NCBI RefSeq assembly: GCF_009914755.1
Contig: NC_060947.1
Length of the DNA: 64,000 bases
Source of the DNA: the human T2T-CHM13v2.0 reference genome, Homo sapiens
Direction: 5' to 3' (one strand)
Part shown: positions 28,180-42,974 of the stretch, piece by piece
Position numbering within the stretch: position 1 is the stretch's first letter
Layout of the letters: the number at the start of each line of letters is the position of its first letter
Translations under genes and position numbers: made by a program
The notes under the pieces: generated by a model
Told to the model about the DNA's origin: nothing
The model's database searches: none
The model's input: the letters and a program-made list of their open reading frames with translations, nothing else

Positions 28180-29829
28180 GGATCAATATTGTGAAAACAA
28201 CCATAACCATCCAAAGCAATCTACAGATTTGATGCAATTCCCATCAACATACCAGCATCGTTTTTCACAGAATTATAAAGAACAATCCTGAAGTTCATAT
28301 GGAACCAAAAAAGAGGCCAAATAGCCAAAGCAATCCTGAGCAAAAATAACAAATCTGGAGGCATCACATTACTGGACTTCAAATTATACTACAAGGTTAT
28401 ATTTTCCAAAACAGCAGGGTAATGATATAAAAGTAGGCATATAGACCAATGGAACAGAATAGATTACCCAGAAATAAATCGAAGTATGTACAGCCAACTC
28501 ATCTTTGACAAAGCATACAAAAATATTAATTGGGGGAATGGACACCTTATTTAATAAATGGTACTGGAAAAGCTGGCAAGTCACATGTAGAAGAATAAAA
28601 CTGGATCACTATCTGTCACCTTATACAAAAATCAGTTCAGGATGGATCAAAGACTTAAATATAACACCTGAAACAATAAAAATTCTAGAAGAAAATATTC
28701 GAAAAACTCTTCCAGACATCAGCCTAGGCAAAGAATTCATGCCTAAGGCCCCAAAAGCAAATGCAACAAAAACAAAAATAAATAAATGAGACCCAATTAA
28801 ACTAAAAAAGCCTCTTCATAGCAAAGGAAACAATAATCAAGTAAACACACAATTCACAGAGTGGGAGAAAATATTTGTAAATTACAGATCTGGCAAAGAA
28901 CTACTACCCAGAATTTACAAGGAACTCAAATCAGCAAGAAAAAATAATAATAATAATCCTATCAAAAAATGGCCAAAGAACATGAACAGACATTTCTCAA
29001 AAGAAGAGACACAAATGTTCAACAAACACATGAAAAAATGCTCAACATCACTAATCATAAGGGAGCTGAAACTTAAAACCACAATAAGACATCACCTTAC
29101 TCCTACAAGAATGGCCATTATTTAAAAGTCAAAAAATAATAGATGTTGGCATGGATGTGGGGAAATGAGAATGCTTATATACACTGCTGGTGGGAATGTA
29201 AATTAGCACAACCTCTATGGAAAATGGTATGGAGATTCCTTAAGGAGCTAAAAGTAGATCGATGATTTGATCCAGCCATCTCACTACTGGGTATCTACAC
29301 AAAGAAAGAAAAAAAGTCACTATATGAAAAGGACACTTGAACATGTATGTTTATAGCAGCACAATTCACAATTGCGAAGATGTGGAACCAATCTAAGTAC
29401 CCACTGACTCATGAATTGATAAAGAAAATGTGTTATATATACACCATGGAATACTGCTAAGCCATTAAAAAGGAACGAAACAATGTATTTTGCAGCAACT
29501 TGAATGGAGCTGGGGGGCATTATTCCAAGTGAAATAACACAGGAGTGAAAAATCAAAAATTGTATGTTGTCACTTATAAGTAAAAGCTAAGCTATGAGTA
29601 TGCAAAGGTAAACAGAGTGATATAATGAACTTTAGAGACTAGAAGAAGGTGAGTGGGAGGAGGGCTTGGGAAAAAACACTACACATTAGGTGTGATGTAC
29701 GCTTCTCAGGTGACAGGTGCACGAAAATATCAGAATCTACTACTAGATAATTCATCCATGTAACTAGAAACTACTTGTGCCCCCAAAGCTATTGAAATAT
29801 AATTAATAAAAAACAAACAAAAACTGCAA

Positions 29830-31650
29830 GTTAAAATTGATTAATTCACTATTAGAGACTTCAGCAACACTCTATCAGTAATTGACAGATATAGCAGGCA
29901 GAAAATCAGTACAAACATAGACAGCCCAAGCCATTAACTGGATCTAATTGACATAGAACACCTTCATTCAAAAACAGCAGAAGACATAGTCTTCTCGAGC
30001 TCACATAGGACGTTCAACAAAATAGACAATATTCTGTAATATAAAACACACCATAATTTTAAAAAATAGAAATGATAAAAGTATGCTGTCACAATATAAT
30101 GGAATTAAGCTGAATAATAATATAATGGAATTAAGCTAAATAATAACAGAAAGATAGCTGTAAAATCCCAAAATCATTGGAGATTAAACAACATACTTCT
30201 AAATAGTATGTGTCTCAAAAAAGTCTCAAAGGAATTTAAAAGCATTTGGTACTAAATGAAAATGAAAATACTACCTATCAAACTTTGTGTGATAGAGTGA
30301 ATATAGAATAAGGTGACATTTGTAGCATTGAATGCATACTTTAGAAAACAGGAATATCTAAATTCAACATTCTAAACTCCTATTTTAGGAAACTATATAA
30401 AGAAGAGCAATATAAACCTCAATCAAGCAGAAGAAAAGAAAATAACAAAAGAAATTAGAGCAGAAATCAGTGAAATACTAAACAGGAAATCAATGGAGAA
30501 ATTCAAATGAAAACAAAAGCTGGATCTTTGAAAAGATTAAAAAAAATTTTTTAAACTCAAATCAGGCTAACCATTAGGAAAAAAAAGGCAGGAATTGAAA
30601 ATACCAGAAAGGAAAAAGAGAACATCATTGCTGATCCCACAGTCATTAAAAAGATAACAAAAAATATTATGAAAAAGTCTATGCCCGCATATTTGAAAAC
30701 TTAAGAATGAAATTATACCAATTTTCTACAATCTGTGACGGAAAATAGAAAAAAAATAATAATAACTTTTCTAACTAGATCTAGATAGGTTTACTGGTGA
30801 TTTCTACCAAATGTTTAAGGATGAAATTATACCAATTTTCTAAAATCTGTGCCAGAAAATAGAAAAAAAAGGGAATATTTCCTAACTCTTAACTCATCCT
30901 ATAAGGCTAGCACCTCCCTAATACCGAAATTAGATAAAGAAATAACAGGAAGGGAAAACTACAAACCAATATCCCTAATGAACATAGCTGCAAAAACTCA
31001 CAATATACTATTAGGAAATCAACACCAACAATGTATAAAGTAATTGTACATTAAGTGAAATTATTTCAGATATGCAAGGCTGGTTCAACATTTGAAAAAT
31101 TAATGTAAATAACATATCCCATCAACAGCGTAAGAAGAAAAATCATATGACCATAACAATAGATAGAGAAACAGAATTTAACAATATCCAACACTGGTTT
31201 ATTACAAAAACTCTCAGAAACCTGAATACAGGAGAAATTCCTCAACTTCATAAAGAAACCTGCAAAAAATAATGTCGGGAATGTTACTGTAGATAAAATT
31301 TATATAATAATGTAGGGAATGTTAATGGTGAGAAACTAGATTCTCCATATTATTTCTTCATATTACTGGGAAAAAGGCAGTGAAACCCTCGCTCACAACT
31401 ACTATTCAACATGGTATTGGAAGTCCTAGCTAGTGCAATAAGACAAAAAAATGAAAATGAAAGATACATAGATTGGGAAGAAGAAATAAAACTGTTATTT
31501 ACACAGCTGGTGTGATCTTCTATTCAGAAAACCCCTAAGAATAGACCAAGAAAAGCCCTAAACTAATGAGCAATTTTAGCAAGGTTGCAGGATACGAGGT
31601 TAATAAACTAAGTAGTTAATAAACTACTTTTCTGTATATTATCAAGGAAG
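29830..31650 (+). mobile_element. Old L1M ORF2 fragment (endonuclease to RT)
   Basis: 'gagacttcagcaacactctatcagtaattgacaga'; ORF 30849-31043 'LIPKLDKEITGRENYKPISLMNI'. Confidence 0.85.
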
Positions 31651-32526
31651 ATACATTAAACTAGATAAATTTGTATTGACTAGTGACAAATTTATAGCCA
31701 TTTTAAAGCTTACAGGGTATGTCCTAACACATTTTTTTAAACTATGGTTACTAAAACAAAGAATAGATCAAAACAAAGAAACCGGAGCTCAAAAAGATTC
31801 AGAAAATTTACTGCAATAGAGACCAGAAACATTGAAACCCATTGGCTGACTCTTGTATTCTTAGGCCCAAACCCTGGGCACCAGGAATCTCATGGCAGAT
31901 ATTCTGCAATATCCCAAAAAGGCATTCCCCCAATGACCATATTAATTATGGATATCGAAGACAATGAATGAGAAAGTTCAGTCCATAAAATGGAACTACA
32001 TTCTGATAGATTGGCTATCCAGAGGGCTTCTCCACTGAAGGCAGAAAATCAATACTAATCCTTTCTAGCAGGCTATGCTATATATTACAGAGAAAAAGCT
32101 ACTGTGAATTCCTTCCTCTTCCCCTTAAATAAAGTTGTTGCATTCCTTCTCCATCATTTTATAATGAATATATTGGGGGCAGGTAATTTATCTTTTTGAT
32201 ATAAAGGCGCCACATTTGGACTTAATGAATAAGAGGATAGATCAAACATTTAATTCAAGCTGGATTTGGTAATTAGATGAGCCTAAGAGAATGTCTCTCT
32301 TTGAAAGAATATAAATGCACTGAAAAAAAGTAAATAAATTTAATATGTATATATTGGGGAAAGCACCAGTATGAATATTGAACTAGGAATTAAAAAGGCA
32401 TGTCACGTTTGGTGACTTCCCAATAGTCCATCAGCCTCCTTTCTTCCTCAATTTATAGAAATCCAATTTGTTCAAGTAGCAATGTGTGTGTGTTCGTTCT
32501 CCAAGCCTTAGGGAAGCCATATTTAA

Positions 32527-32859
<333 letters not shown>

Positions 32860-33214
32860 TGTTTTGTTTGTTTGTTTGTTTGTTTTTGTTTTTCTTTGAG
32901 GTGGATAAGTAACTCACTTATGTCTCGAGCCATAGGGTCAAGGATACAGTGGATTTAGAAAAAAATAACACACCTTTTTCCTTTAACCAAAATTTATTTT
33001 AGAGAAGATGGTACTTGGAGATGTTTCAGTCATGTTTAAATCATGAGCGTATAAAACTAACAAAAATAAGCCAAGTGTGGCATTGAAGATATGTAGAAAA
33101 AGCTTAGCTATTTGTTGTCATTGCTGAGGCTTTTTGCCAGATATGGAATCATTCAATTTTCTTATTATATTAATTAAATGCCTTTATTATGGAGTTTTGT
33201 TATCTCTTTTTTTA

Positions 33215-33660
33215 AATTAGGATATAAGTTACTCTGCTATAACAAAGAGAACTAAAAATATAGAAACTCATACCAGGTGAGGTTTTATTTCTCTACATGT
33301 AATAGTTCAGCAATGCATGGGCTATTCAGGGTGAGTGGGCTGCTGGGTCTACAATGCCGTGAAGGAAACGAGGCTTATTCTATCTTATTTCTTTGCTACC
33401 TCTCCACCTCCACCCGCAATGGTGTTGCCCTCATCAGCATGATCAGCATTAACATTATGACCACATTGATATTCTAGCCTTTAAAAAAGGGAAAATGGAG
33501 AGAAAACAATTTTATTTTTAAAATAATGTGAGCAGAATGTTGCACACATTCTTTCTACTCACCCTCCAGTAGCAGAAATTCAAATGGCCACACCTAGCTT
33601 CATGGGATTCTAGGACATGAAACTTCTAGTTGGGAGTTCATGCCCTGCTAAAACCTTGGG
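33215..33660 (-). mobile_element. LTR33-like ERVL LTR
   Basis: 'ttgcacacattc...atggccacacctagct...tgccctgctaaaa'. Confidence 0.6.
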
Positions 33661-33871
33661 TAAACAGTTGGGTTTACATTGCTCAAAAGACAAACAAAAA
33701 CAAAAACAAAACAAAACAAAACAAAAAAACAAAAAAAAAATAGTTTTTTTTCTACACTTGTAGCAATTGAAACACTTTAAGAAATAACTGATCTGAACGG
33801 TCAAATATTTCTGAGATTTCAACAAGATAAACAATGATAATTATTTTTAATGTTTATCTTTAAGAAGTTCT

Positions 33872-34233
33872 GGCTGGGCATGGTGGCTTATGCCTGTAAT
33901 TCCAGAAATTTGGGAGGCCGAAGCAGGTGGATCACTTGCGGTCAGGAGTTTGAGACCAGACTGGCCAACATGGTGAAGCCCTGTCTCTGCTAAAAATATT
34001 AGGTTGGTGCCATTTGGCAAAAAACGCAATTACTGTTGCACCAACCAAATACAAAAATTAGCCTGGTGTGGTGGCATGTGCCTGTAGTCCCAGCTACTTG
34101 GCAAGCTGAGGCAGGAGGATCACTTGAACCTGGAAGGTGGAAATTTCAGTGAGCTGATATCATGCCACTGCACTCCAGCCTAGGCAACAGAGCAAGACTG
34201 TCAAAAACAAAAAAACAAACAAAACCATAAAAC
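33872..34233 (+). mobile_element. Older Alu (S/J) carrying a MADE1 in its central linker
   Basis: Dimeric Alu; linker AAAAATACAAAAA interrupted at TA. Confidence 0.9.
33999..34049. mobile_element. MADE1 (Hsmar1-derived MITE), internally deleted
   Basis: ttaggttggtgc...tggcaaaaaacgcaattactgttgcaccaaccaaa flanked by duplicated TA (33997-33998, 34050-34051). Confidence 0.88.
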
Positions 34234-34803
<570 letters not shown>

Positions 34804-34839
34804 TCAAATGTTAAACTAACTACGTGTTCTTTCACTAAA

Positions 34840-37330
34840 CACTGGCTAATAATGAGCTTTCTTCTTCCCTTTCATATATTGATTGATGGTGATAATATTT
34901 TGCTGGATATTTTTCATTTATTACAATGAATTTGTCAGATTTGGGAATCATAGCTTTGCTAGCATCGTAAAGTAAGTTGGAAAATATTCCTGCTTTCTCT
35001 ATTTTTAAAATAATTCCTTTAAGAGTCAAGTGTTTCTTAATTAAGTAATAGAATTATCAAAGCAAGTCATTTGAACTTGAAACTTCTATGTAAGAAGGTT
35101 AATTATAGATATTGCACAATTTATATCATATTTTGTTTCTTTACATCAAAATTTAAAAATAAATTCCATAAATTTAATTATAGCCTTTAGTGTCATTAAC
35201 ATCTGTATGACATGTACTATTCCCCCCTTTTCACTCCTGATATTGGAAGTTTGTACTTTTTTTGTTGTACCTTGATTAATTTCCCCAAGGAGTTATGAAT
35301 TTTAAAAACCAACTTTTACTTTTGTTGATTTTCTCTGTTCCATATTGTTTTCTACTCTATTAATTTTGGCTCACTTCTAACTTATTTCTGTAAAATTTGT
35401 TTCTTAATCCCACAGATGATAGATAATACACTCAGTATGATTCCCAACCTATGAAGTTTTTTGAAACTTGCTATATAGCCGAGCATATAAATGCTGCAAC
35501 TTTAGAAATGTGCACTTTATTAACATTTACTTTCTACAGGTTCCCTGTACTGTGTTTTATACATTTAAAGTTAAAGTTTGATCATTGTTATTTTGTGTAT
35601 TTTTACTGACTTTTTTTCTGACAAGCACTAAGAGACATCTATCAAAATCCTCCAATTTGAATGTGAACTTCTCAATTTATCTTTATTTTTATGTCATTTT
35701 ATTTCTTTATACATGCTTGGATATGTAATTCAGAGCATACAAGTTAAGGATAGTTATATATTCCTAGTTGATTGACTCTTTTATCATTATGGGATTTTTT
35801 TCATTATAATTAGTATTAATTCTTGTTTTTTAATAGTTTTTTATTTTTAATTTTTATGGGTACATAATAGGTGAGTATATTTATGGTGTACATTAGATAC
35901 TTTGATACAATCATGCAATGCATAATAATCACATCATAGAGAGTGAAGTATCCATCCTCTCAAGCATTTCTCCTTTGTGTTATAAAGAATTCAATTTCAC
36001 TCTTTTAGTTACTTTAACATGTATAATTAAGTTATCATTGACTATAGTCACCCTGTTGTGCTATCCAATAGTAGGTCTTATTCATTCTTAGTAATAATTA
36101 TTGATGTTAGACAATTTTTTCTGAAATCTGTATAGCTACATTGTTTCTTGTTTTGTTTTTATCATATAAATCCATTATCATTTAATTAAAAATACATTAT
36201 CTTCCTTATATTTAATTTTTTTCTCTTTTAAGCAGCATGCACTTAGAATTTTCTTCAGTCTTAATATCTTTGTCTTTAAATTGGAAGAGTTAGATCTTTT
36301 TTAATTTGAAGTAATTATTGATTTATTTGTACTTGAATCCACCAGCAAACTTTTCTATTTGTCCCATTTTCTATGCTCTTTTTTTTGCTATTTTCTTGAC
36401 TTATTTTTAGTGAATCAATAATTGAATCATTTCATCTTTGATTAGATTATTTTAAAATACTTTTAATAGTTATGCTGGAGATTATAACAGGTCTTATAGA
36501 TTTATTAATGTCTAACATAAATTTTTAATTTTAACACCTCCCAAATGATGCAAGGACCTTCAACACTTAAAAGTAATGTAGGCTCCTTTATTTTTGTATT
36601 GTTTTTTCTGAATATTAATTCTGCATATACTTAAAACTTATGTACCATATATATTATTGCATTACATATTTAATATACTTTTAGATTCACCCACATATTT
36701 ATCCTTTTCATGGTTCTTTATTCCGTTTCATAATTTTGTGTTTTGAACTGCTACAATTTTTTATTGGTTTTATCTAATGATCTCACTTTGGAATTGCTTT
36801 TTGCATAGAGGTTACTGGAGAGAATTATCTCAGTATTTTTTTTTTCCTTTTCACATAGAAACATTTATTTCACCTGTATTTTTGGAGGATATTTTTATTG
36901 GTTATATAATTCTAAGCTGCCAATTATTAATGCTTACCACTTTAAAGCTGTCAAGTTATTATCTTCTAGCATCCAATTTTTCTGATAAGAAGTCATCTTT
37001 AAATTTGATTGTTATGCCTTAGGAGGCCACGTGTTGATTAACTTTGGCCATTAAGAGGTTTCTATTCACCTTTGATTTTCAGGATTTTATTATAAATTGT
37101 CTAGTTTGGGGGTTGCTTGTTTTTGTTTGTTTGTGTTTTTGTTTTTTCTTTGTTTTGTTTTTGTTTGTTTGTTTTTGTTTTTTGGCTTGGAGCTCTTAGA
37201 GATTTTCCAATCAGTGACTTGACAAACTTATTCATTTGTTATATCTCTTCAAATACTGTTTCTGTGTTATTCTGGTGCTCCAATGACCCAAATGTAACTT
37301 TTTATTATTTTCCCACCAGTACTTTTCAAA
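34840..37330 (-). mobile_element. Ancient L1ME-type fragments
   Basis: Degenerate antisense L1 motifs 'tagcatcgtaaagtaagttgg', 'gattgactcttttatcattatg', 'ttctgataagaagtca'. Confidence 0.55.
35826..36087 (-). mobile_element. L1MA1-3-type 3' end, short insertion with TSD
   Basis: Same 3'-end motifs as 22322-22580; TSD ttagtattaattcttg (35810-35825) / ttagtaataattattg (36088-36103), 14/16. Confidence 0.88.
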
Positions 37331-37514
37331 TTTAAAAAAAATATATATTTTTTTAATTTTTAATTCTTGTAAGTACATAGTGTTTATATTTATGGGGTAT
37401 ATAAGATATTTTGATACAGGCATTCAATAATCACATCAGGGTAAATGGGACATCCATCTCCCTCAAGCATTTATTCTTTATTGGTGCTATAAACAATCCA
37501 ATTATATTCTTTAA

Positions 37515-37982
<468 letters not shown>

Positions 37983-39562
37983 TAACCATGCTTCTAAACT
38001 CTATCTCCATGAGTTCAATCATTTTAATTTTCAACCTCACAAATACATGAGAACATGCAAAGTTTGTCTTTCTGTGCCTGGCTTATTTCACTTAACATAT
38101 GACTTCCGGTTCCATGCATATTGCTACAAATGACAGGATCTTGTTCCTTATTATAGCTGAATAGTACTTCGTTGTGTATATGTACACATTTTCTTTATCG
38201 TTCATCTATTGATGTACACTAAGGTTGATTCCAAGTCTTGGCTATTGTGTAGAGTGCTGCAGTAAACATGGGAGTGCAGATATCTCTTAGATATATGATT
38301 TCCTTTCTTTTGCATAGTATACTGAGAAGTGGGATCGCTGGATCAATGGCAGCTATATTATTAGTTTATTGAGGAAACTTCAAACTTTTCTTCATAGTGG
38401 TTGTAATAATTACATTCTCACCAACAGTGTACAAGGGTTTTCATTTCTCCACATCCTAGCCAGTATTTGTTATTGCCTGTCTTTTGGATATAAGCCATTT
38501 TAACCGGGGGTGAAATGATATCTCATTGAAGTTTTGATTTGCATTTCTCTGATGATCAACAATGTTGAGCACCTTTTCATATATCTATTTGACATTTGTA
38601 TGTATTCTTTTGAGAAATATCTACTCATATTTTCCCCATTTTTAATCTTTTTTGAGATTTTTTTTTCAGTAGAGTTGTTTGAGGTGTGTAGATTTGTTCT
38701 CGGGTTTTCCATTCTGTCGCATTGGTCTATGTGTCTGTTTTTATGCCAGTACCCTGCTGTTTTGGTTACTATAGCTCTCTAGCATAATTTAAAGACAAGT
38801 AATGAGATTCCTCCAGTTTAATTTCTTTTGCTTAGGATAGCTTTGGCTATTCTGGAATTTTTGTAGTTACATTTAAATTATAGGATTGTTTTCTCTATTT
38901 CTGTGAAGAATGCCATCTGTAATGTTGTAGGGATTGCATTAAATCTGTAGATTGTATTGGATAATATGGATATTTTAACAATAGTGATTCTTCCACTCTA
39001 TGAACATGGAATACCTTTCCCTTTTTGTTTCTTCTTCAATTTCTTGCATTAAAGTTTTGTAGTTTTCATTGTAGAGATGTTTCACTTCTTTGGCTAGTTT
39101 AATTCCTAGGTATTTTATTTTACTTCCAGCTATTGTAAATGGAATTACTTTTTTATTTCTTTTTCACATTGTTAACTGTTGGCATAGAGAAATGATACTG
39201 ATTTTTGTATGTTGATTTTGTATCCTGCAACTTTACTGAATTTGTTTATAAGTTCCCGTAGTTTTCCTGTAGAGTCTTGAGGTTTTTCCAAATATAAGAT
39301 TATGTCATCAGCAAACAGGGTAATTTGGCTTCTTCCTTTCCTATGTGGATGCTCTTTAAATCTTTCTCTTGTCTGATTGTGCTAGTTCGGACTTCCAGTA
39401 ATATGTTGAATAACAGTGGTAAAAGTGGGCATCCTTGTTTTATTCCAGATCTTAGAGGAAAGGGTTTCAGTTTTTCACTACTTGGCATGATACTAACTGT
39501 GGGTCTGTCATATATGGCTTTTATTATGTTGAGGTATGTTCCTTCTGTCACCATTTTTTTAG

Positions 39563-39564
<2 letters not shown>

Positions 39565-39595
<31 letters not shown>

Positions 39596-39631
39596 AGACG
39601 GAGTCTGGCTCTGTTGCCCAGGCTGGAGTGC
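39565..39631 (-). mobile_element. Extremely 5'-truncated Alu (37 nt plus 30 T)
   Basis: T30-gagacggagtctggctctgttgcccaggctggagtgc; TSD agggttttt at 39561-39569 and 39632-39640. Confidence 0.9.
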
Positions 39632-41127
39632 AGGGTTTTTACCATGAATAGGTGTTGAATTTTATCAAATGCTTTTTCAGCATCAGTTGAAATGATCACA
39701 TGGTTTATATCCTTCTTTCTGTTGATATGATGTATCACATTGACTGATTTGCATATGTTGACCCATCCTTGCATCCCAGGGCTAAATCCCACTTGATCGT
39801 GTTGAATGATTTTTTAAATGTGTTGTTGAATTCAGTTTGCTAGTATTTTGTTGAGGATCGCTGCATCAATACACATCAGTGATATTGGCCTATAGTTTTC
39901 TTTTTTTGATGTGTCCTTGTCTGGTTTAGTATCAGGGTAATACTGACCTCACAGAATGAGTTTGAGAGTATTCCCTCCTCCTTCATTTTTCAGAATACTC
40001 TAAGTAGTATTGGTAATAGTTCTTCTTTAAATGTTTGGTGAAATTCAGCAGTGAAACCATTGGGTCCCTAGCTTTTGTTTGGTGTGGAAAACTTTTATTA
40101 CAACTTCTATCTCATTATTTATTATTAGTCTGTTCAGGTTTTGGATTTCTTCCTGGATCAATCAAGATAGGTTGTAAATATCTGGGAATTTATACATTTC
40201 TTCTGTGTTTTCCAATTTATTGGCATATAGTTACTCATAGTAGCCACTAATAATCCGTTTAGTTTCTGTGGTATCAGTTGTAATGTCTCCTTTTTCATCT
40301 CTAATTTTATTTATTTAGATCTCTCTTTTTTATTAGTCTGGCTAAAGTTGTGTCAATTTTCTTTATCTTTGTAAGAAACCAACTTTTTCTTTCATTAATC
40401 TTTTCTAATTTTTAGTCTCAAATTTTATGTATTTCTACTGTGATTTTCACTTTCTTCTACTTAATTTTGGGTTTGGTTTGCTCTTTCTCGTATATTTCTT
40501 TAAGATGCATAATTCATTTGTTTATTTAAAATTTTTCTCCTTTTATGATGTAGGCATTTATTGCCATACATTTCCCTCTTGGTAGAGCTTTTGCATAGGT
40601 TGTTGTGTGTTGTGTTTTCATTTTTATTTTTCCAATAAATTTTACAATTTTATTCTTAACATCTTCATTGACCCAATCATCATTCAGGAGCATTTTGTTT
40701 ATTTCCTATGTGTTTTTATAGTTTCCAAAATTCCTTTGGTTATTGATTTCTAGCTTTATTGTGGTCAGAAAAATATTTGACATAAATACAATATTTTTGC
40801 AATTTTTGAGATCTTTTTTTTGTGGCCTAACATATGGTCTATCCTTGAGAATGTTTCATGTGCTGAGGAGAAGAATGTGTAATCTGAAACCTTTGGGTGC
40901 ATATTCTGTAAGTGTCTATTAGGTCTATTGGGTCTATAGCACAGATTAAGACAAGTGTTTCTTTGTTGGTTTGCTGTCAAGTTTATCTCTCCAATGATGA
41001 AAGCTGGGTATTTAAGTCCCAAGCTATTACTGTATTGAGATCTGTCTCTTTCTTTACCTCTAATTGTATTTGCTTTATATATCTCGGTGCTCCATTTTTG
41101 AGTGCATATTTACAATTGTTTTATCTT

Positions 41128-41540
41128 TGATGTAGTTTATATATTTGTCCCTGCCAAAATCTCATGTTGAATTATAATCCCCAACGTTGAAAGTGGGGTC
41201 GGTTGAGAGGTGATTGAATCATGGGGGCAGATTTCTCACGAGTGGTTTAGCATCCCCTTGGTGCTGTTCTCATGACAGTAAGTTCCCATGAGATATGGTA
41301 TTTTAAAAGCATGTGGAACCTCTCCCCATGTTCTCTCTTTCTTGCTCCTGCTTTTGCCAAGTGAGGTGCCTGCTTCCCCTTTGCCTTCCACCATGATTGG
41401 AAGCTTCCTGAGGCCTCCCCAGAGCAAATCTTCTGTGCTTACTGTATAGAATGCAGAAATGTGAGCCAATTAAACTTCTTTTCTAATAAATTACCCACTC
41501 TCAGGTATTTTTTATAGCAGTGCAAAAATTGCCTAATGAT
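41128..41540 (+). mobile_element. MSTA MaLR solo LTR
   Basis: 'aaatctcatgttgaattataatcccca', 'aagcttcctgaggcctcccca', 'gtgagccaattaaac'; 5-bp TSD atctt (41123-41127, 41541-41545). Confidence 0.9.
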
Positions 41541-42974
41541 ATCTTCTTGTTGAGTTGACCACTTTATCACTATATGGTAACCTTCTTCGTCTCTTTTTAT
41601 AGTTTTTGCCTTGACATTTATTTTGTCTAAGTATGGCTATTCCTGCTCCTTATCGGTTTCTATTGGCAAGGAATAACTTTTTCCATTCCTTTATTTTTAG
41701 TTGTGTGTGTCTTTATAGGTGATATATGTTTCTTATAGGCAACTGATCATGGAGTCTTTTTTTTATCCATTGAGCCATCCTGTGTTTGCGTTGGAGAGTT
41801 TAGTTCACTTTCATTCAATGTTATTATTAATAAGTAAGGACTTAACCAGTCTTTTTGTTGTTTTCTGGTTATTTTGTGGTCTTCTCTTCCATTTTTCCTT
41901 CCTTCCTGTCTTCCTTTTAGTGAATTTGATTTTCTCTGGTGGTATGATTTAGTTCCTTGCTTTTTATTTTTTGTGCGTCTGTTGTATTTTTTTTTTTAAT
42001 TTGAGGATACTATGAAGCTTGCAAATGCTGTCTTTTAAACCATTATTTTAAGCTGATAACAACTTAACACTCTTTGTACAAACAAACAAGGAAAAAGAAA
42101 AGTAATAAAAACTCTACACCATAACTTCATCACTCTACCTTTTAACTTTTGTTGTTTCTAATTATATATTATTATACTGTATATGTCTTGAAAAGTTGTT
42201 GTAGTTATTATTTTTATTGGTTCATCATTTATTTGAACTTAAGAGAAGTTTACACACCACCATTACAGTGTTCTAGTATTCTGTGTTTGTCTGTGTATTT
42301 AATATTACCAGTCAGTCTTTTACCTTCTGATGATTTCTCATTGCTCATTAACATCCTTTTCTTTCTGATTGAAGTACTCCCTGTAGCATTTCTGGTGTTG
42401 ATGAAATCCCTCAGGTTTGTTTGTCTGGAAAATACTTTATTTCTCCTTCATGTTTGAAGAATATTTTTGCTAGATATACTATTCTAGGGTAAAACATTTT
42501 TCCTTCAACACTTTAAATATGACATGCTGCTCTCTTGGGGCCTGTAAGGTTTACACTAAAAAGTCTCCTGCCAGACATATTGGAGTTCCCTTTTGTGCAA
42601 TTTGTTTCTTTTCTCAACTGCTTTTAGGATCCTTTCTGTATCATAGACCTTTGGGAGTTTGATTATTAAATGCCTTGAAATAGCCTTTGTGGGGAGTTAA
42701 ATCTGCTTGGTGTTCTATAACCTTCTTGCATGTGAATACTGACATCTTTCTCTAGGTTTGGGAAATTCTCTGTTATTATCCCTTTGAATAAACTTTCTGC
42801 TCCTATCTCTTTGTCTGCTTCCTCTCTAACGTCAATAACTCTTAAATTTTCCATTTAGAAGTTATTTTGTAAATATATTAGGTATGCTTCATTGTTTTTT
42901 ATTCTTCTTTATTTTGTGTCCTGTGACTGTATTTTCAAATAACCTGTCCTCAATCTCACTAATTCTTTCTTTTT

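Larger units (their letters stand above)
27045..29825 (+). mobile_element. L1PB-type 5'-truncated element (ORF2 3' half, 3'UTR, A-tail), split by LTR12
   Basis: 'ctgtttgcagatgatatg' (LFADDM); L1PB-type 3'UTR 'ttcatccatgtaactagaaactacttgtgcccccaaagctattgaaat' followed by A-rich tail. Confidence 0.9.

Noticed and set aside
33999-34049. miR-548-type precursor
   Set aside because: The left arm of MADE1 is deleted, so the long hairpin cannot form
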